Part shown: in pieces, positions 1-10,029 of the stretch
How the letters are laid out: each line of letters starts with the position of its first letter
Position numbering within the stretch: the stretch's first letter is position 1
Assembly: GCA_021787845.1 (NCBI GenBank)
Contig: JAJYLH010000013.1
Coordinates: 32,595 to 96,594, forward strand
Source: Myxococcales bacterium
Lineage (GTDB): Bacteria > Myxococcota > Myxococcia > Myxococcales > JAJYLH01
DNA: 64,000 nucleotides
Direction of reading: 5' to 3'
Position numbers and translations under genes: made by a program
The notes under the pieces: generated by a model
What the model was told of the DNA's origin: nothing
The model's database searches: none
Seen by the model: the letters and a program-made list of their open reading frames with translations, nothing else

Positions 1-10
1 CGGGAGCAAG

Positions 11-3000
11 GTGGCGATCGAGGTCTACCCGCCGCTGCCGCCGATTCTCAAGGGACGACAAGCGGACGCGCCCTACTACGACCTCTACATCGGCGACATG
101 CGTTGGCGGTTCATGGCGGACACGAACAACGACGGCACCTACGACACCGAGCTCTTCACCGCGTTCGTTTCCATCGAGGCGCCGGCGAAGCTGTCAATCA
201 CGCCGGCTCCGAACGACAACTCCGACGACCTCTTGAACGTCCAGCTCGGCACGCCGACGATCCACTCGGACGTCGCCAACAATCCGCTGGTTCTGAACGA
301 GGCCAGCGTGCGCTCGGCGATCTCGACGCTGATCAACGTGGCCTTGCCGCAGCTTACCGGTAGTCTGACGAGCGTCTCGCTTCCGACCAACACTGCCCGG
401 TTCAGCCAGCTCGAGATCGAAGCGCCGCAACAGGACTATCTGGTGCTGTCGGGCGCGATTCTGCAGACCATCACCGTGACGAGCCCGACCAAAGACCAGA
501 CCGTCAGCAGCGACCCGGTGCTCATCACCGGAACGGTCGCGGGGCTTGAGAACTCGGCGGGGTCGTCGGTGGCGATGTGGCTGCCCGGCGACACGTCCGG
601 CCGGGCGGCCACCATCACGTCGCTGCCGGATGGCAACTCGCTCTCGTTCAGCGGCTCGATACCGCTCTCAGCGTTCGCGGATGGCGACAACGTGGTGCGC
701 ATCGTCGCGACCGACGGGAACGGAGTGAAAGCGATGACCAAGCTGACACTGACGCGGAGCGGCTCCAGCTTGAAGGCCTCGGCTGCCTCGGGCTGCGGCG
801 GCTGCGACGGCGCCGGCGACAGCTCGCTTCTCGTCTTGCTCGGACTCTTCCTCGTGCTCGGCCTGCGGCGCAGGCGCCGACTGGGGGCGGCCGAGGCGCC
901 CGCGCTCGAGGGTCGAAGGGGACCGTCCCATGTCATCGGCGCGGTTGGCTCGGGGATGCTCCAAGCCATCCATCGCGCCGTTCGGAAGGCCGCGCGTCCG
1001 ACGAACACGTTGCACAGCACGGCGTTGCCGCTGATCGCGCCGCTCCTGGTCGCGACGGCGGTCGGCGGCATGAGCCAGTGTTCGAGCTGCGGCGGCAGCA
1101 AGGCGAATCAGGCGGTTTCGTTCCACGGCCCGGCGGTCGCGAAGGACCCGGTCTTCATCCTCAACACGATTCAAATCGGCAAGGCCGGTGATGGTTTCGA
1201 TGTCGATGGCAACACGCCCGGCGACGTGCCTGGTCCAGACAATGCGCTCTCGACGCTGGGCCCGCTCGCGAACCCGTCCTTGACCGACGCGATGAAGAAG
1301 GGCAGCCTGCTCCTGCTCATTCAGCTTCCGGGCATCGACCATCTGCCCGCCGCGGGCCAGTCGGGCACGGTCGACATGGTCGCGTACCTCGGCGACGCGC
1401 TCGATCCCGACCCGACGAAGTACTTCGATGGCTACGCGAAGTTCGCCAAGGATCCGGCGTCGTTCGACGCTCACGGCAATCCGCTGATCGAGTTCAAAGG
1501 CACCCAGCTCGTGGGCAACAGGGACGGCACGACCACCCTGAACGGAGGCCCAGCGAGCTTCCAACTCTCGATTCCGATTTCGGGCTCGACACTGACCTTG
1601 AAGCTGTCGCCAACGTACATCCGCGCGACGCTCGGCCTCTCGCCCTTGCGCAAGGACGGCATCCAGGCGACCAATGGTCTCTTGGGCGGCGTCATCCCCG
1701 CGTCGGCGCTCGCGAAGCCGATTCCGGGCCTGGGCATCGCGCCATTGGCCTTGCTCGCCGACCAGGTCGACGTCGACCTCAATCATGACGGCAAGCTCGA
1801 CCACACCGATTCCGCCAGCAACCCCGACGGTGTCAGCGCCGGGCTCGTCTTCACCGGCGTGCCGGCGTATCTCTCCAACCAGCATGTCAACATCAAGCCC
1901 GTCCTGACCCTCGACGCCTTGCCGGCCAACGTCTCGACGGCCCACGTGACCGTCACCGGCACGGTCGACGACCCCGACGGCGATTGCACGAAGACCAAAG
2001 TCACGATGTCGCTGAACGGCGGCGCCTCGCAACCCGCGGCGGTCGCCAAGGCGTCGAAGGCGTGCAGCGTCAAGGCCGACATCAAGCTCGCACCGGGCGC
2101 GAACACCATCGTCGGGACCGCGACCGACACCGCTGGGGGCACCACTACCGCGCAGGTGACGACGAACTACACCGACTCGACGCCGCCGGCACTGACCTTG
2201 ACCGGACCGACGGGGCACGTGACGGACGCGAGCCAGAACGTGACCGGCGTCGCCACGGACGAGGATGGCATCCAGGCGGTGCAAATCACCCTGGGCGGCA
2301 AGACGACGGTCGTTGCGGGCACCGCGCTCGACGCGCAAGGGCACTTCTCGACTCCGGTGACGTTGCCGGCTCTTGGCGACAATGTCATCACCGCGGTCGC
2401 GCAGGACCTCGCTGGCAACAATTCCACTCCCGCGACCGAGACGGTGACGCTCGACGACGTGACTCCGCCGACGGTGACGTTCACGGGAGCTTCCTGCACC
2501 GGCGCGCAACTATCGGGCGACGGCCCCTGGACGCTGCCGGAAGGCGATGTGAAGATCGACGGCACGCTCGACGACGATGCGGGCATCGCTGGCATCACGG
2601 CGACCTGGAACGTGACGGGCGGGACGCTGGCGCCGGTGACCATCGACCCGGCGACCGGTGCATTCGAGCTGTCGATGACCCTGGGCCTGGGCGCGACGAC
2701 GCTGCATCTCGACGCCGCGGACGCCTCGGGCAATCACACGACGGTCGATCGGAATCTGACGATTGCGGATACGACGCCGCCGGTCATCACGGTCGTGTCT
2801 CCGGATGCTTTGGTCCATGCGGTCGCGCAGGTGCTGGGTCTGCAGATCACCGATGACTGGTCGACGCCGGACCAGATCGCCGCGACCGCGAGCATCGACG
2901 GAGCGGCGCCCGTGCCCGTGCCCTTTGATTCCGCGACGAGCACGTTCCACCTTCCCTTGACGCTGGTCCTCGGCGACAATCCTCTGATCATCACCGCGAC

Positions 3001-5893
3001 CGACGCGGCGGGCAACGTCGCGACCCTGAACGGTGACATCCAGCTCGTTGACAACACTCCACCGACCCTGACCGTGACTTCTCCGGACGACAACAGCACG
3101 AGGCTGGAGACGGTGGCGCATGTCAAAGGCACGGCGACGGACGACATCGGTCCGGTGACGGTCAAGGCGGACACGGGAGGCGCTCCGGTCACGGCGACGC
3201 CGGCGGCGGACGGCAGCTTCTCCCTCGACGTGCCGCTCGCGATGGGCGCCAACGTCGTCACCATCGCCGCGGTCGATGCGGCCAACAATATGACGCAGGC
3301 CATCCGCCGGGTGACGCGGCTCGATCCGAACGCGGTGGCGACCATCGACCTGACGGCCGACCCGACCGCGGTCGCCATCGGCAACTTCACGACCATCAAC
3401 CTCACGGCGACCCTGACCCGACTCGCGGGCGGGCCAGTGCCCGATGGCACGCAGGTACAGATCACCGCGTCTCCAACCAACCTCGGCTCGCTCGACTCGA
3501 GCCTGGCGACGACCACCGGAGGCGTGGCGACCGATCAGTACCTGCCCGGGAACGCTCCGGGGCTCGTCACCCTTGTCGCGACGGCGCAATGCCTGACCGC
3601 GACCGCGTCGGTGACCATCGCGAAGCCGACGGCGGTGGCCGCCGACGTGTGCCTCGCCGAGACCAAGACGCTGACGGGCACATCGTTCGACATCGGCCTC
3701 GCGAGCAGCTCGAAGGCGCAAATCGAAGCGCCACCGCTCGGCGGCGCGACCACCCTCGATGCGACGACCGGTTTCTACATCTACAACCGCGCCGCCCTGC
3801 CGACGACCGTGCTCGTCGCCGGGACCCAAGCCATCACGGGTGCTTGGAACGGCTCTCCCATCGCGCGAATCACCTGGCCGCTCGACAGCGGTATCCTCGC
3901 GACCTCGGATTTCTCTTTGACCGACGCGAAGTCCTCGGACGACCAGGGCGTGACGAGCGACGCGTCGCAGATGCTCTTCGTCTGCAACGTCAATCACCTC
4001 CTGGGGACGCTGCCGCCGCGCGTGACCCTGGCGCCGCTTCCCGCGACCGTCACCGTGGCCGGCCTCACGGTCGCCGGCACCGTTCAATCGGATGACCTCG
4101 CCAAGTGTACCGGAGAGTTCGATCTGAACAGTGTCCCGATGCCCATCGACGTGACGCGCGGCAGCTTCAGCCTTCCGATCACGCTGACTCCGGGCGTCAA
4201 CGACATCCGGGTGGTGGTCACCGACTCGGGCGGGCGCCAGGGAAGCGACGAGAAGCAAGTCATCTACGCGCCGCCGAACGATCCGCCGACGCTGACCATC
4301 ACCGCGCCGGGCTCGGCGGTGTCGCACGCGACCGGCGTGACCGTGTCGGGCACCGTCTCCGACGCCGATGATGGTTTGACCGGCATGACGGTCTCGGTGC
4401 GCGTCGACAGCGGCACTCCGGTCGACGCGACCATCGCCGCTGACGGAACCTGGACGGCGACCGTGAACCTCGCGTCGGGCACGAATACGATCACCGTGAC
4501 CGCGACCGACGCGCGGGGAGCGAGCACCATCGCGAGTCAGACGACTCAGGTCGTTGCGCCGGTGCCGCCGCCGGTCGTGACGATCACCGCGCCCGCGGAT
4601 GGCACCATCACGACGACGCCCTCGGTCGCGCTCACCGGACACGTCGACAACGGCGGAAACCCGGCCACCATCACCGTGACCATGACCAACAACGGAACCT
4701 CGGAGCCGATCACCTTCTCGCCGTTCACTCGAAACTTCACCGCCACGGTGTCGCTCGATGCGGGCACGAACATCGTCATCGTGACCGCGACCGACATCAC
4801 GAACGACAGCGGCGCGGCCACGGTCCGGGTCGACTACAATGCGCCCAACGCTCCTCCGAAGATCACCATCACCTCGCCGACTTCGGGCACCACCTATGCC
4901 TCGGGTCCGCTCACGGTCACGGGGACCGTTTCCGACGATCAGCCGCTGAGCCAGCTCCAATCGGTGACCGTCAACGGCACGACCGCCACCGTCGACACGA
5001 CCGCAGGAACCTGGACCGCGACGTTGACGCTCACCTACGGAAGCCAGACCATCACGGCGACCGCCACCGACGGCGGCGGAGCGACGGACACCGCCAGCGT
5101 GACGATACCGGTCATCGACCCGGTCGTGGTCGTGAACACGCTGAAGATCGGTAGCGCGACGGACGGGTTCGTTCTCGACACGCTCTACCCGACGCCGCTG
5201 TCGGACGCGGGACCGGACAACGCGCTCTCCGGACTGGCGTCGGTGGCGAACGGGCCATTGCAAGACCAGCTCGACGGCACCAGCGGCAAGCCGCTCATCA
5301 TCCTCTTCGACATGGACGGCCTCGGCCCCATCCCGGCGCCAGGCCAGAGCGCGACCGTCAATCTCGTCGGCTACATCGGGGACTCGACGAGCAGCGATCC
5401 GGCGGTGAACTTCTCGGGGAACCAGACTTTCACCATCGACCCGAGCTCGCTCGACGCGTCGGGAAACCCGCTCATCGAGTTCAAGAACGTGGTGGCAACG
5501 AACAACATGGGCAATCTCCAGTTCAACACTTACCCGTCGAACCCGGCGCACTTCGAGCTGTCGATCGACTCGACGAGCCCGCCGCTCGACCTGAAGCTCG
5601 ACCCGGCGTTCATCAAGGCGACCATCAGCGTGCAGGCCGACGGGTTCCATTACAACCCCGGGCTCCTCGGCGGCGTCGTCCCCGCGGCCGATCTCGCGGT
5701 ACCCATCACCGTGTCGGGCACCACGATCACGCCGCTCCAGGTGCTGCTGTCGAACGACCCCTCGCACCCGTGCCCGGACATCGACCTCGACCGCGACGGA
5801 ACCCTCGACGACACCGACGCGACCACCGCCAACAAGGACGGAGTCTCGGTCGGCATCGACTTCACCGCCGTGCCGGCACACATCCAGAGGTAG
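11..5893 (+). CDS. Giant Ig-like repeat surface protein, probably 5'-truncated by the window edge; internal MYXO-CTERM-like anchor
   Basis: 1960-aa ORF, frame open to the window start. Many Thr/Val-rich Ig repeats (PTLTITAP...VSGTVSD...G.NTITVTATD). Internal SGCGGC + hydrophobic + RRRRR motif at 788-880. Confidence 0.85.
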   Translation: MAIEVYPPLPPILKGRQADAPYYDLYIGDMRWRFMADTNNDGTYDTELFTAFVSIEAPAKLSITPAPNDNSDDLLNVQLGTPTIHSDVANNPLVLNEASVRSAISTLINVALPQLTGSLTSVSLPTNTARFSQLEIEAPQQDYLVLSGAILQTITVTSPTKDQTVSSDPVLITGTVAGLENSAGSSVAMWLPGDTSGRAATITSLPDGNSLSFSGSIPLSAFADGDNVVRIVATDGNGVKAMTKLTLTRSGSSLKASAASGCGGCDGAGDSSLLVLLGLFLVLGLRRRRRLGAAEAPALEGRRGPSHVIGAVGSGMLQAIHRAVRKAARPTNTLHSTALPLIAPLLVATAVGGMSQCSSCGGSKANQAVSFHGPAVAKDPVFILNTIQIGKAGDGFDVDGNTPGDVPGPDNALSTLGPLANPSLTDAMKKGSLLLLIQLPGIDHLPAAGQSGTVDMVAYLGDALDPDPTKYFDGYAKFAKDPASFDAHGNPLIEFKGTQLVGNRDGTTTLNGGPASFQLSIPISGSTLTLKLSPTYIRATLGLSPLRKDGIQATNGLLGGVIPASALAKPIPGLGIAPLALLADQVDVDLNHDGKLDHTDSASNPDGVSAGLVFTGVPAYLSNQHVNIKPVLTLDALPANVSTAHVTVTGTVDDPDGDCTKTKVTMSLNGGASQPAAVAKASKACSVKADIKLAPGANTIVGTATDTAGGTTTAQVTTNYTDSTPPALTLTGPTGHVTDASQNVTGVATDEDGIQAVQITLGGKTTVVAGTALDAQGHFSTPVTLPALGDNVITAVAQDLAGNNSTPATETVTLDDVTPPTVTFTGASCTGAQLSGDGPWTLPEGDVKIDGTLDDDAGIAGITATWNVTGGTLAPVTIDPATGAFELSMTLGLGATTLHLDAADASGNHTTVDRNLTIADTTPPVITVVSPDALVHAVAQVLGLQITDDWSTPDQIAATASIDGAAPVPVPFDSATSTFHLPLTLVLGDNPLIITATDAAGNVATLNGDIQLVDNTPPTLTVTSPDDNSTRLETVAHVKGTATDDIGPVTVKADTGGAPVTATPAADGSFSLDVPLAMGANVVTIAAVDAANNMTQAIRRVTRLDPNAVATIDLTADPTAVAIGNFTTINLTATLTRLAGGPVPDGTQVQITASPTNLGSLDSSLATTTGGVATDQYLPGNAPGLVTLVATAQCLTATASVTIAKPTAVAADVCLAETKTLTGTSFDIGLASSSKAQIEAPPLGGATTLDATTGFYIYNRAALPTTVLVAGTQAITGAWNGSPIARITWPLDSGILATSDFSLTDAKSSDDQGVTSDASQMLFVCNVNHLLGTLPPRVTLAPLPATVTVAGLTVAGTVQSDDLAKCTGEFDLNSVPMPIDVTRGSFSLPITLTPGVNDIRVVVTDSGGRQGSDEKQVIYAPPNDPPTLTITAPGSAVSHATGVTVSGTVSDADDGLTGMTVSVRVDSGTPVDATIAADGTWTATVNLASGTNTITVTATDARGASTIASQTTQVVAPVPPPVVTITAPADGTITTTPSVALTGHVDNGGNPATITVTMTNNGTSEPITFSPFTRNFTATVSLDAGTNIVIVTATDITNDSGAATVRVDYNAPNAPPKITITSPTSGTTYASGPLTVTGTVSDDQPLSQLQSVTVNGTTATVDTTAGTWTATLTLTYGSQTITATATDGGGATDTASVTIPVIDPVVVVNTLKIGSATDGFVLDTLYPTPLSDAGPDNALSGLASVANGPLQDQLDGTSGKPLIILFDMDGLGPIPAPGQSATVNLVGYIGDSTSSDPAVNFSGNQTFTIDPSSLDASGNPLIEFKNVVATNNMGNLQFNTYPSNPAHFELSIDSTSPPLDLKLDPAFIKATISVQADGFHYNPGLLGGVVPAADLAVPITVSGTTITPLQVLLSNDPSHPCPDIDLDRDGTLDDTDATTANKDGVSVGIDFTAVPAHIQR

Positions 5894-5928
5894 CGGGTCG
5901 AGCGACCGTGGCGCGAGGACGTCTCTCA

Positions 5929-6011
5929 GTAGGATGGGTGGAGCGAAAGCGGAACCCATCGACCAGCCCGCGCCGACGACGATGGGTTTCGTTCCGCTCC
6001 ACCCATCCTAC
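5929..6011. repeat. GTAG-type REP-like inverted pair
   Basis: gtaggatgggtggagcgaaagcggaacccatc ... gatgggtttcgttccgctccacccatcctac between convergent genes; same family recurs elsewhere in the window. Confidence 0.85.
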
Positions 6012-9000
6012 TTCACGTCCAAGGTCGAGACGGTGGTGACTTTGTACCTAAGGTTGGTATCGCTCGAGCTCGCGTTGGGGTCGTATGGGAGACTTTGGTT
6101 GGAGAAGTAGTTGGCGTAGCACGGCGGCGGCGGATTGCCTCCCACAGGCGTTCCACAGGAGTCGAGGCGAACCCAGATCTCAAGCTTGGTTATCTTACCC
6201 CCCGGGTCGATGGCGAAGGTCGTCCATGGGATGGAGAGCTCCTGAGCTTGGCCGCTGTGCGCGACCGTGGATTTCATCCAATAGAAATTCGACACTGGAT
6301 GGAGCTGCCGTACGCCAGATGCGTTAGCCCAGTCGTTCGAAAGATCGACGGCGTTCCCAGTGCGCCCGAAGCCATAATAAGCATACCAATCCGAAAGCTG
6401 CGACGCATCGAAGCCCGAGGACAACATGGCATTGAGAGAGAAGCAAGTGTTGTTGCCAAACCCGTTTCCGTCCCCAGCGTAGCTCGTGTCGCAGTTGTCC
6501 GCGAGGCTGGTCTTGATATCCGCGCTGGCATTCCAGTCGCTTTGAGCCATCCCGTCTTCGTAGATGTAACCCACGATGGCATTCTGCTCCTCGGCCTGAC
6601 CGTCGATAGCGATGTAGACGTTTGAATCGTCGTAACCCAGGTAGAGGTTGCGAAGTTCATTGGCATTCCAGTCACTCGTGACCCGTTGGCCGCTCCCGTC
6701 GACATCGCTGGCAACTCGCGACTGCGGTGGCCAGTCGCTACCGATCTTTCCATAGCCGGTCGACGCGTTGTCGAAGCAGTCCGTCGGCGTGAACTTGAGC
6801 GCGTAGAAGACTTGCAGCGCGGCGGTGGCGGTGCCCCCAGAGGTGACGACGACGTCGTTGTTGCCCGCGGGCACTTCCGGATGGGTCGAGATGTCCGGCG
6901 CGGTCGCCACGAGCTGGGTCGCGGTCTGGCTCGTCACCGGCGCGCTGACTCCTCCCACGGTCACCGTCGAGTCGCTCCCGAAATTCGTGCCGGTAATGGT
7001 CAGCGTCCCGCCGGCGATCGGCAGCCACGTCGGGTCGAGGCTCGTCGTCGTCGGCGCCGGCGCGGTCTCGGTGAACTTGATGGTCGCGAGTCCCTTCTTG
7101 CCGGGCAGCGCACTCGTCTCGCGCGAGGCGACGATGGTCTGCGCGCCGGTCGCGAAGCCCATCGTGTACGAAGTCGAGGCGAGCCCGCCCGCGCCGCTCG
7201 TCGTCTTGGGATGGGAAGCGGTGCCGCCCCCCTCCGTCACGTCGAACGCGATGCTCACGCCGGACAGCGGATTCTCGTACTGGTCGACGACTTTCACCGC
7301 GGGATCGATCGGCAGCTTGGTGCCGACAATCGCGGTCTGCCCGTCCCCGGCAACCAGGTCGAGATGGTCCGGATCGCCGGCCCTCACGGTCTCGGTGAAC
7401 GTCACACTCGGACGCCCGGTGCCCGCCAGGTCAGGCAGCGCGGCATCGGAGCCGCTCACCGTCAGCGTTGCCGCTCCCGCGGTGGTCCCCAGCGTGTACG
7501 CCACTGACGCGAGGCCGTTCGAATCCGAGGTCTCGACGTCGCTCGCCGGTGTCATGTCGGTCGCGACGAACGCGAGCTTCACGCCCGACACCGGATTTTC
7601 GAAGCGGTCGACGACCCGCACTTGCGGATCGGTCGCAAGCTTGGTGCCGACCTTGCCCGTCTGGGCGTCGCCGCCGGCGATCTTGTCGAGATGGTCAGCA
7701 GGACCGGTGACGCCCGTCAGGGTGAACGTCGCGGTCGCATGGCCGGTCACCTTCACGTCGGGCAGCGGCGGATTGCCTGCCACCTCGATGGTGTTGGTGC
7801 CGGGCTTCTGGTCGAGCGTGAACGCGTCCGACGCATCGCCGTGGGCGTCGGTCGTCACCGTCGGGTGCGCGAGCGCGCCGGCCCCCGCCGTCACCGTCCA
7901 GTCGAGCGTCACGTTCGGAATCCCGTTGCCGTATTGATCGACGACCTGCACCTCCGGATCGGTCGGCGCCGGCAAGCCCGCATCGACAGTCTGCGGATCG
8001 CCCGCGACGATGACCAGGTGGTCGGCGACATCGGCGTTCGCCGTCGCGCTGAAGGTGAGCGTCCGGTTCCCGCTCTGCGCTTCGTCGGGAAGCGGCGTGT
8101 CCTGTCGAGCAACCACGAGCGTCTGCGGCCCCGCGGTCGGCCCGAGCAGCCAGGTCGTCGCGGCGCCGCCGTTGCGGTCGCTCGTCACCGTCGCATCGCC
8201 CGGCGAGCCGCCGCCGGTGGTCGCGGTGAACGTGAGCGTCACGTCGGGCACCGGCTCGCCCGTCGCGTCGACGACCTCGACCTGGAGCTCGACCGGCAGG
8301 CGTGTCGCGACGGTCGCGGTCTGGCTCTGCCCGCCGACGAGCACGAGATGGTCCGCCGCGCCGGGCGTGCCGCAGCGGTGATTCGCGACCAGGCAGATTT
8401 CTCCCGCGCGGCAGTCCTGCGCCGTCGTGCACGGGCCGCACACGCCCGCGACGCAGCCCTCGCCGGCATCGCACTGGTCCGCGCTGGTGCACGACTGGCA
8501 GAGGCCGTTGACGCACGCATCGCCAGAAATGATCGTCGCGCACTCGGTCTCCGACTGGCAGGCGCGGCAAACGCCCTGGATGCACACCTGGCCCTGCGTC
8601 GGGCATTCGGCCGCGCTGACGCATGCCTGGCAGGAGCTGTCCCGGCAGACGAGACCGCCGCCGCACTCCGTGGTGCTGCCGCAGGGGCCGCAGACGCCGT
8701 CGCGACAGACTTGGCCGGTGCGGCAGTCGCTCGCCGCCTGGCACTTGCCGCACAGGCCGGCGACGCAGGCTTCGCCCTGGTTGCAGTCGGCGGCGGTCGC
8801 GCAGTTCGTGCAGTGGCCGTTCGAGCAGATTTCGCCGGTCGGGCACTGGTCGCGGCTCTGGCAGGCGCCGCAGAGTCCGCCGAGACAGACGTCGCCGGTC
8901 AAGCACTGGGTCGAGTCGGTGCAGTGGGCGCAGGCGCCGGCGACGCAGGCGAGGCCGCCCGAGCATTGGTGGGTGTCCGTGCAGGGCACGCATTGGCCGT

Positions 9001-9421
9001 TCGTGCAGATGAGGCCCGAGTCGCAGTCGGTGTCGCCGGTGCAGGCGACGCACTTCTCGTGGACGCAGGCGCGGCCGTCGCCGCAGTCGGAGGCCGAGGC
9101 GCAGGGGACGCAAGCGCCGCCGACACACGCTTGCGCTAGCGGACAGTCGGAGCTCTTCTGGCAACCGACACAGGAGCCGCCCTGGCAGAGCCGTCCTGGT
9201 CCGCATTGGGCGTTGTTGGTGCAGGCGCGGCAGCGCTGGGAGATGCAGGCGAGCGTGCCGCAGGCGTCCTGGCTCGTGCAGGGGACGCACGTGTGGCTTT
9301 TGCAGACCTCGCCGTCCTGGCACAGGTCGCCGTCGTTGGCGCACGCGGTGTGTTGGATGCCGCCGCCGCCGCAGCCGAGCCCGGCGGCGAGGAGGAGGAC
9401 CAGAGGAAGGCGCTTCAGCAT
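6008..9421 (-). CDS. Lipoprotein with Cys-rich repeats, invasin/Big_1-like Ig domains, an IPT/TIG-like domain and an unknown C-terminal domain
   Basis: Signal peptide with lipobox LGC. Many Cx5Cx5Cx4C repeats. Four 'GG.QT..VGT.L...P.V.VVD..GNP' repeats. TIG-like 'PTTTSLDP...GGTLTITGTNFG'. Confidence 0.85.
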   Translation of the reverse strand: MLKRLPLVLLLAAGLGCGGGGIQHTACANDGDLCQDGEVCKSHTCVPCTSQDACGTLACISQRCRACTNNAQCGPGRLCQGGSCVGCQKSSDCPLAQACVGGACVPCASASDCGDGRACVHEKCVACTGDTDCDSGLICTNGQCVPCTDTHQCSGGLACVAGACAHCTDSTQCLTGDVCLGGLCGACQSRDQCPTGEICSNGHCTNCATAADCNQGEACVAGLCGKCQAASDCRTGQVCRDGVCGPCGSTTECGGGLVCRDSSCQACVSAAECPTQGQVCIQGVCRACQSETECATIISGDACVNGLCQSCTSADQCDAGEGCVAGVCGPCTTAQDCRAGEICLVANHRCGTPGAADHLVLVGGQSQTATVATRLPVELQVEVVDATGEPVPDVTLTFTATTGGGSPGDATVTSDRNGGAATTWLLGPTAGPQTLVVARQDTPLPDEAQSGNRTLTFSATANADVADHLVIVAGDPQTVDAGLPAPTDPEVQVVDQYGNGIPNVTLDWTVTAGAGALAHPTVTTDAHGDASDAFTLDQKPGTNTIEVAGNPPLPDVKVTGHATATFTLTGVTGPADHLDKIAGGDAQTGKVGTKLATDPQVRVVDRFENPVSGVKLAFVATDMTPASDVETSDSNGLASVAYTLGTTAGAATLTVSGSDAALPDLAGTGRPSVTFTETVRAGDPDHLDLVAGDGQTAIVGTKLPIDPAVKVVDQYENPLSGVSIAFDVTEGGGTASHPKTTSGAGGLASTSYTMGFATGAQTIVASRETSALPGKKGLATIKFTETAPAPTTTSLDPTWLPIAGGTLTITGTNFGSDSTVTVGGVSAPVTSQTATQLVATAPDISTHPEVPAGNNDVVVTSGGTATAALQVFYALKFTPTDCFDNASTGYGKIGSDWPPQSRVASDVDGSGQRVTSDWNANELRNLYLGYDDSNVYIAIDGQAEEQNAIVGYIYEDGMAQSDWNASADIKTSLADNCDTSYAGDGNGFGNNTCFSLNAMLSSGFDASQLSDWYAYYGFGRTGNAVDLSNDWANASGVRQLHPVSNFYWMKSTVAHSGQAQELSIPWTTFAIDPGGKITKLEIWVRLDSCGTPVGGNPPPPCYANYFSNQSLPYDPNASSSDTNLRYKVTTVSTLDVK

Positions 9422-9543
9422 CGCGCGAGCGTGCGCCGACCGCGCCCGCGGGTCAAGGGGAGAAGAGCACCCCGATTGGGCTACCTTCTTCGGTCACCTC
9501 GCTGACTCACGCTCCTGGATCGCTGATCGATTTCGCCTCTCGT

Positions 9544-10029
9544 TCACGCCGCCTGGGTGTGCCATCCGCCACGGCCGAGGGCGAACCGCAGCCGCGAGGG
9601 TCTCGGCTCCTTGATCGCAACAGCCTCCAGCGAGTAAGTCTCGACGGGCTTTTCGCTCAAGATCAGTACGCGCAACAGGCGCTCGGCCTGACCTCCCATC
9701 GGAGTCGGCGCCTCGACCCGTTCCCAGCGGGAGACGGTCGCCTTATCCACTCCGAGCTTGGCCGCGAAATCGGTGCCCGACAGACCGAGGTACTTACGCA
9801 GAAACCGGATTTCCTTGGGGCCCAGGCGCTCGGGCTTTCCGGCGAGCGCGGTCGCGATGGCCTCGTGCAGCTTGAGCGTCTTCGGCACCTCGACCTCCCG
9901 CTCGCCGCACGCGGGACACCGCGCGACCGTCACGCCCTCCAGCATCACGCCCTCGAGCCCACAATCGTAGGCCACCGTTTCCCGCGTCTCGATCATCGTG
10001 CCGCCGCAGCTCGCGCACTCGTCGCTCAT
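9544..10029 (-). CDS. MqsA/YgiT-type zinc-finger HTH antitoxin
   Basis: CASCGG...CPACGE zinc ribbon plus XRE-type HTH (EIRFLRKYLGLSGTDFAAKLGVDKATVSRWE); ATGA overlap with the upstream gene. Confidence 0.85.
   Translation of the reverse strand: MSDECASCGGTMIETRETVAYDCGLEGVMLEGVTVARCPACGEREVEVPKTLKLHEAIATALAGKPERLGPKEIRFLRKYLGLSGTDFAAKLGVDKATVSRWERVEAPTPMGGQAERLLRVLILSEKPVETYSLEAVAIKEPRPSRLRFALGRGGWHTQAA

Noticed and set aside
2510-5959. Long antisense ORFs here and opposite most genes
   Set aside because: Typical high-GC shadow ORFs rich in Arg/Gly/Val, with no motifs.
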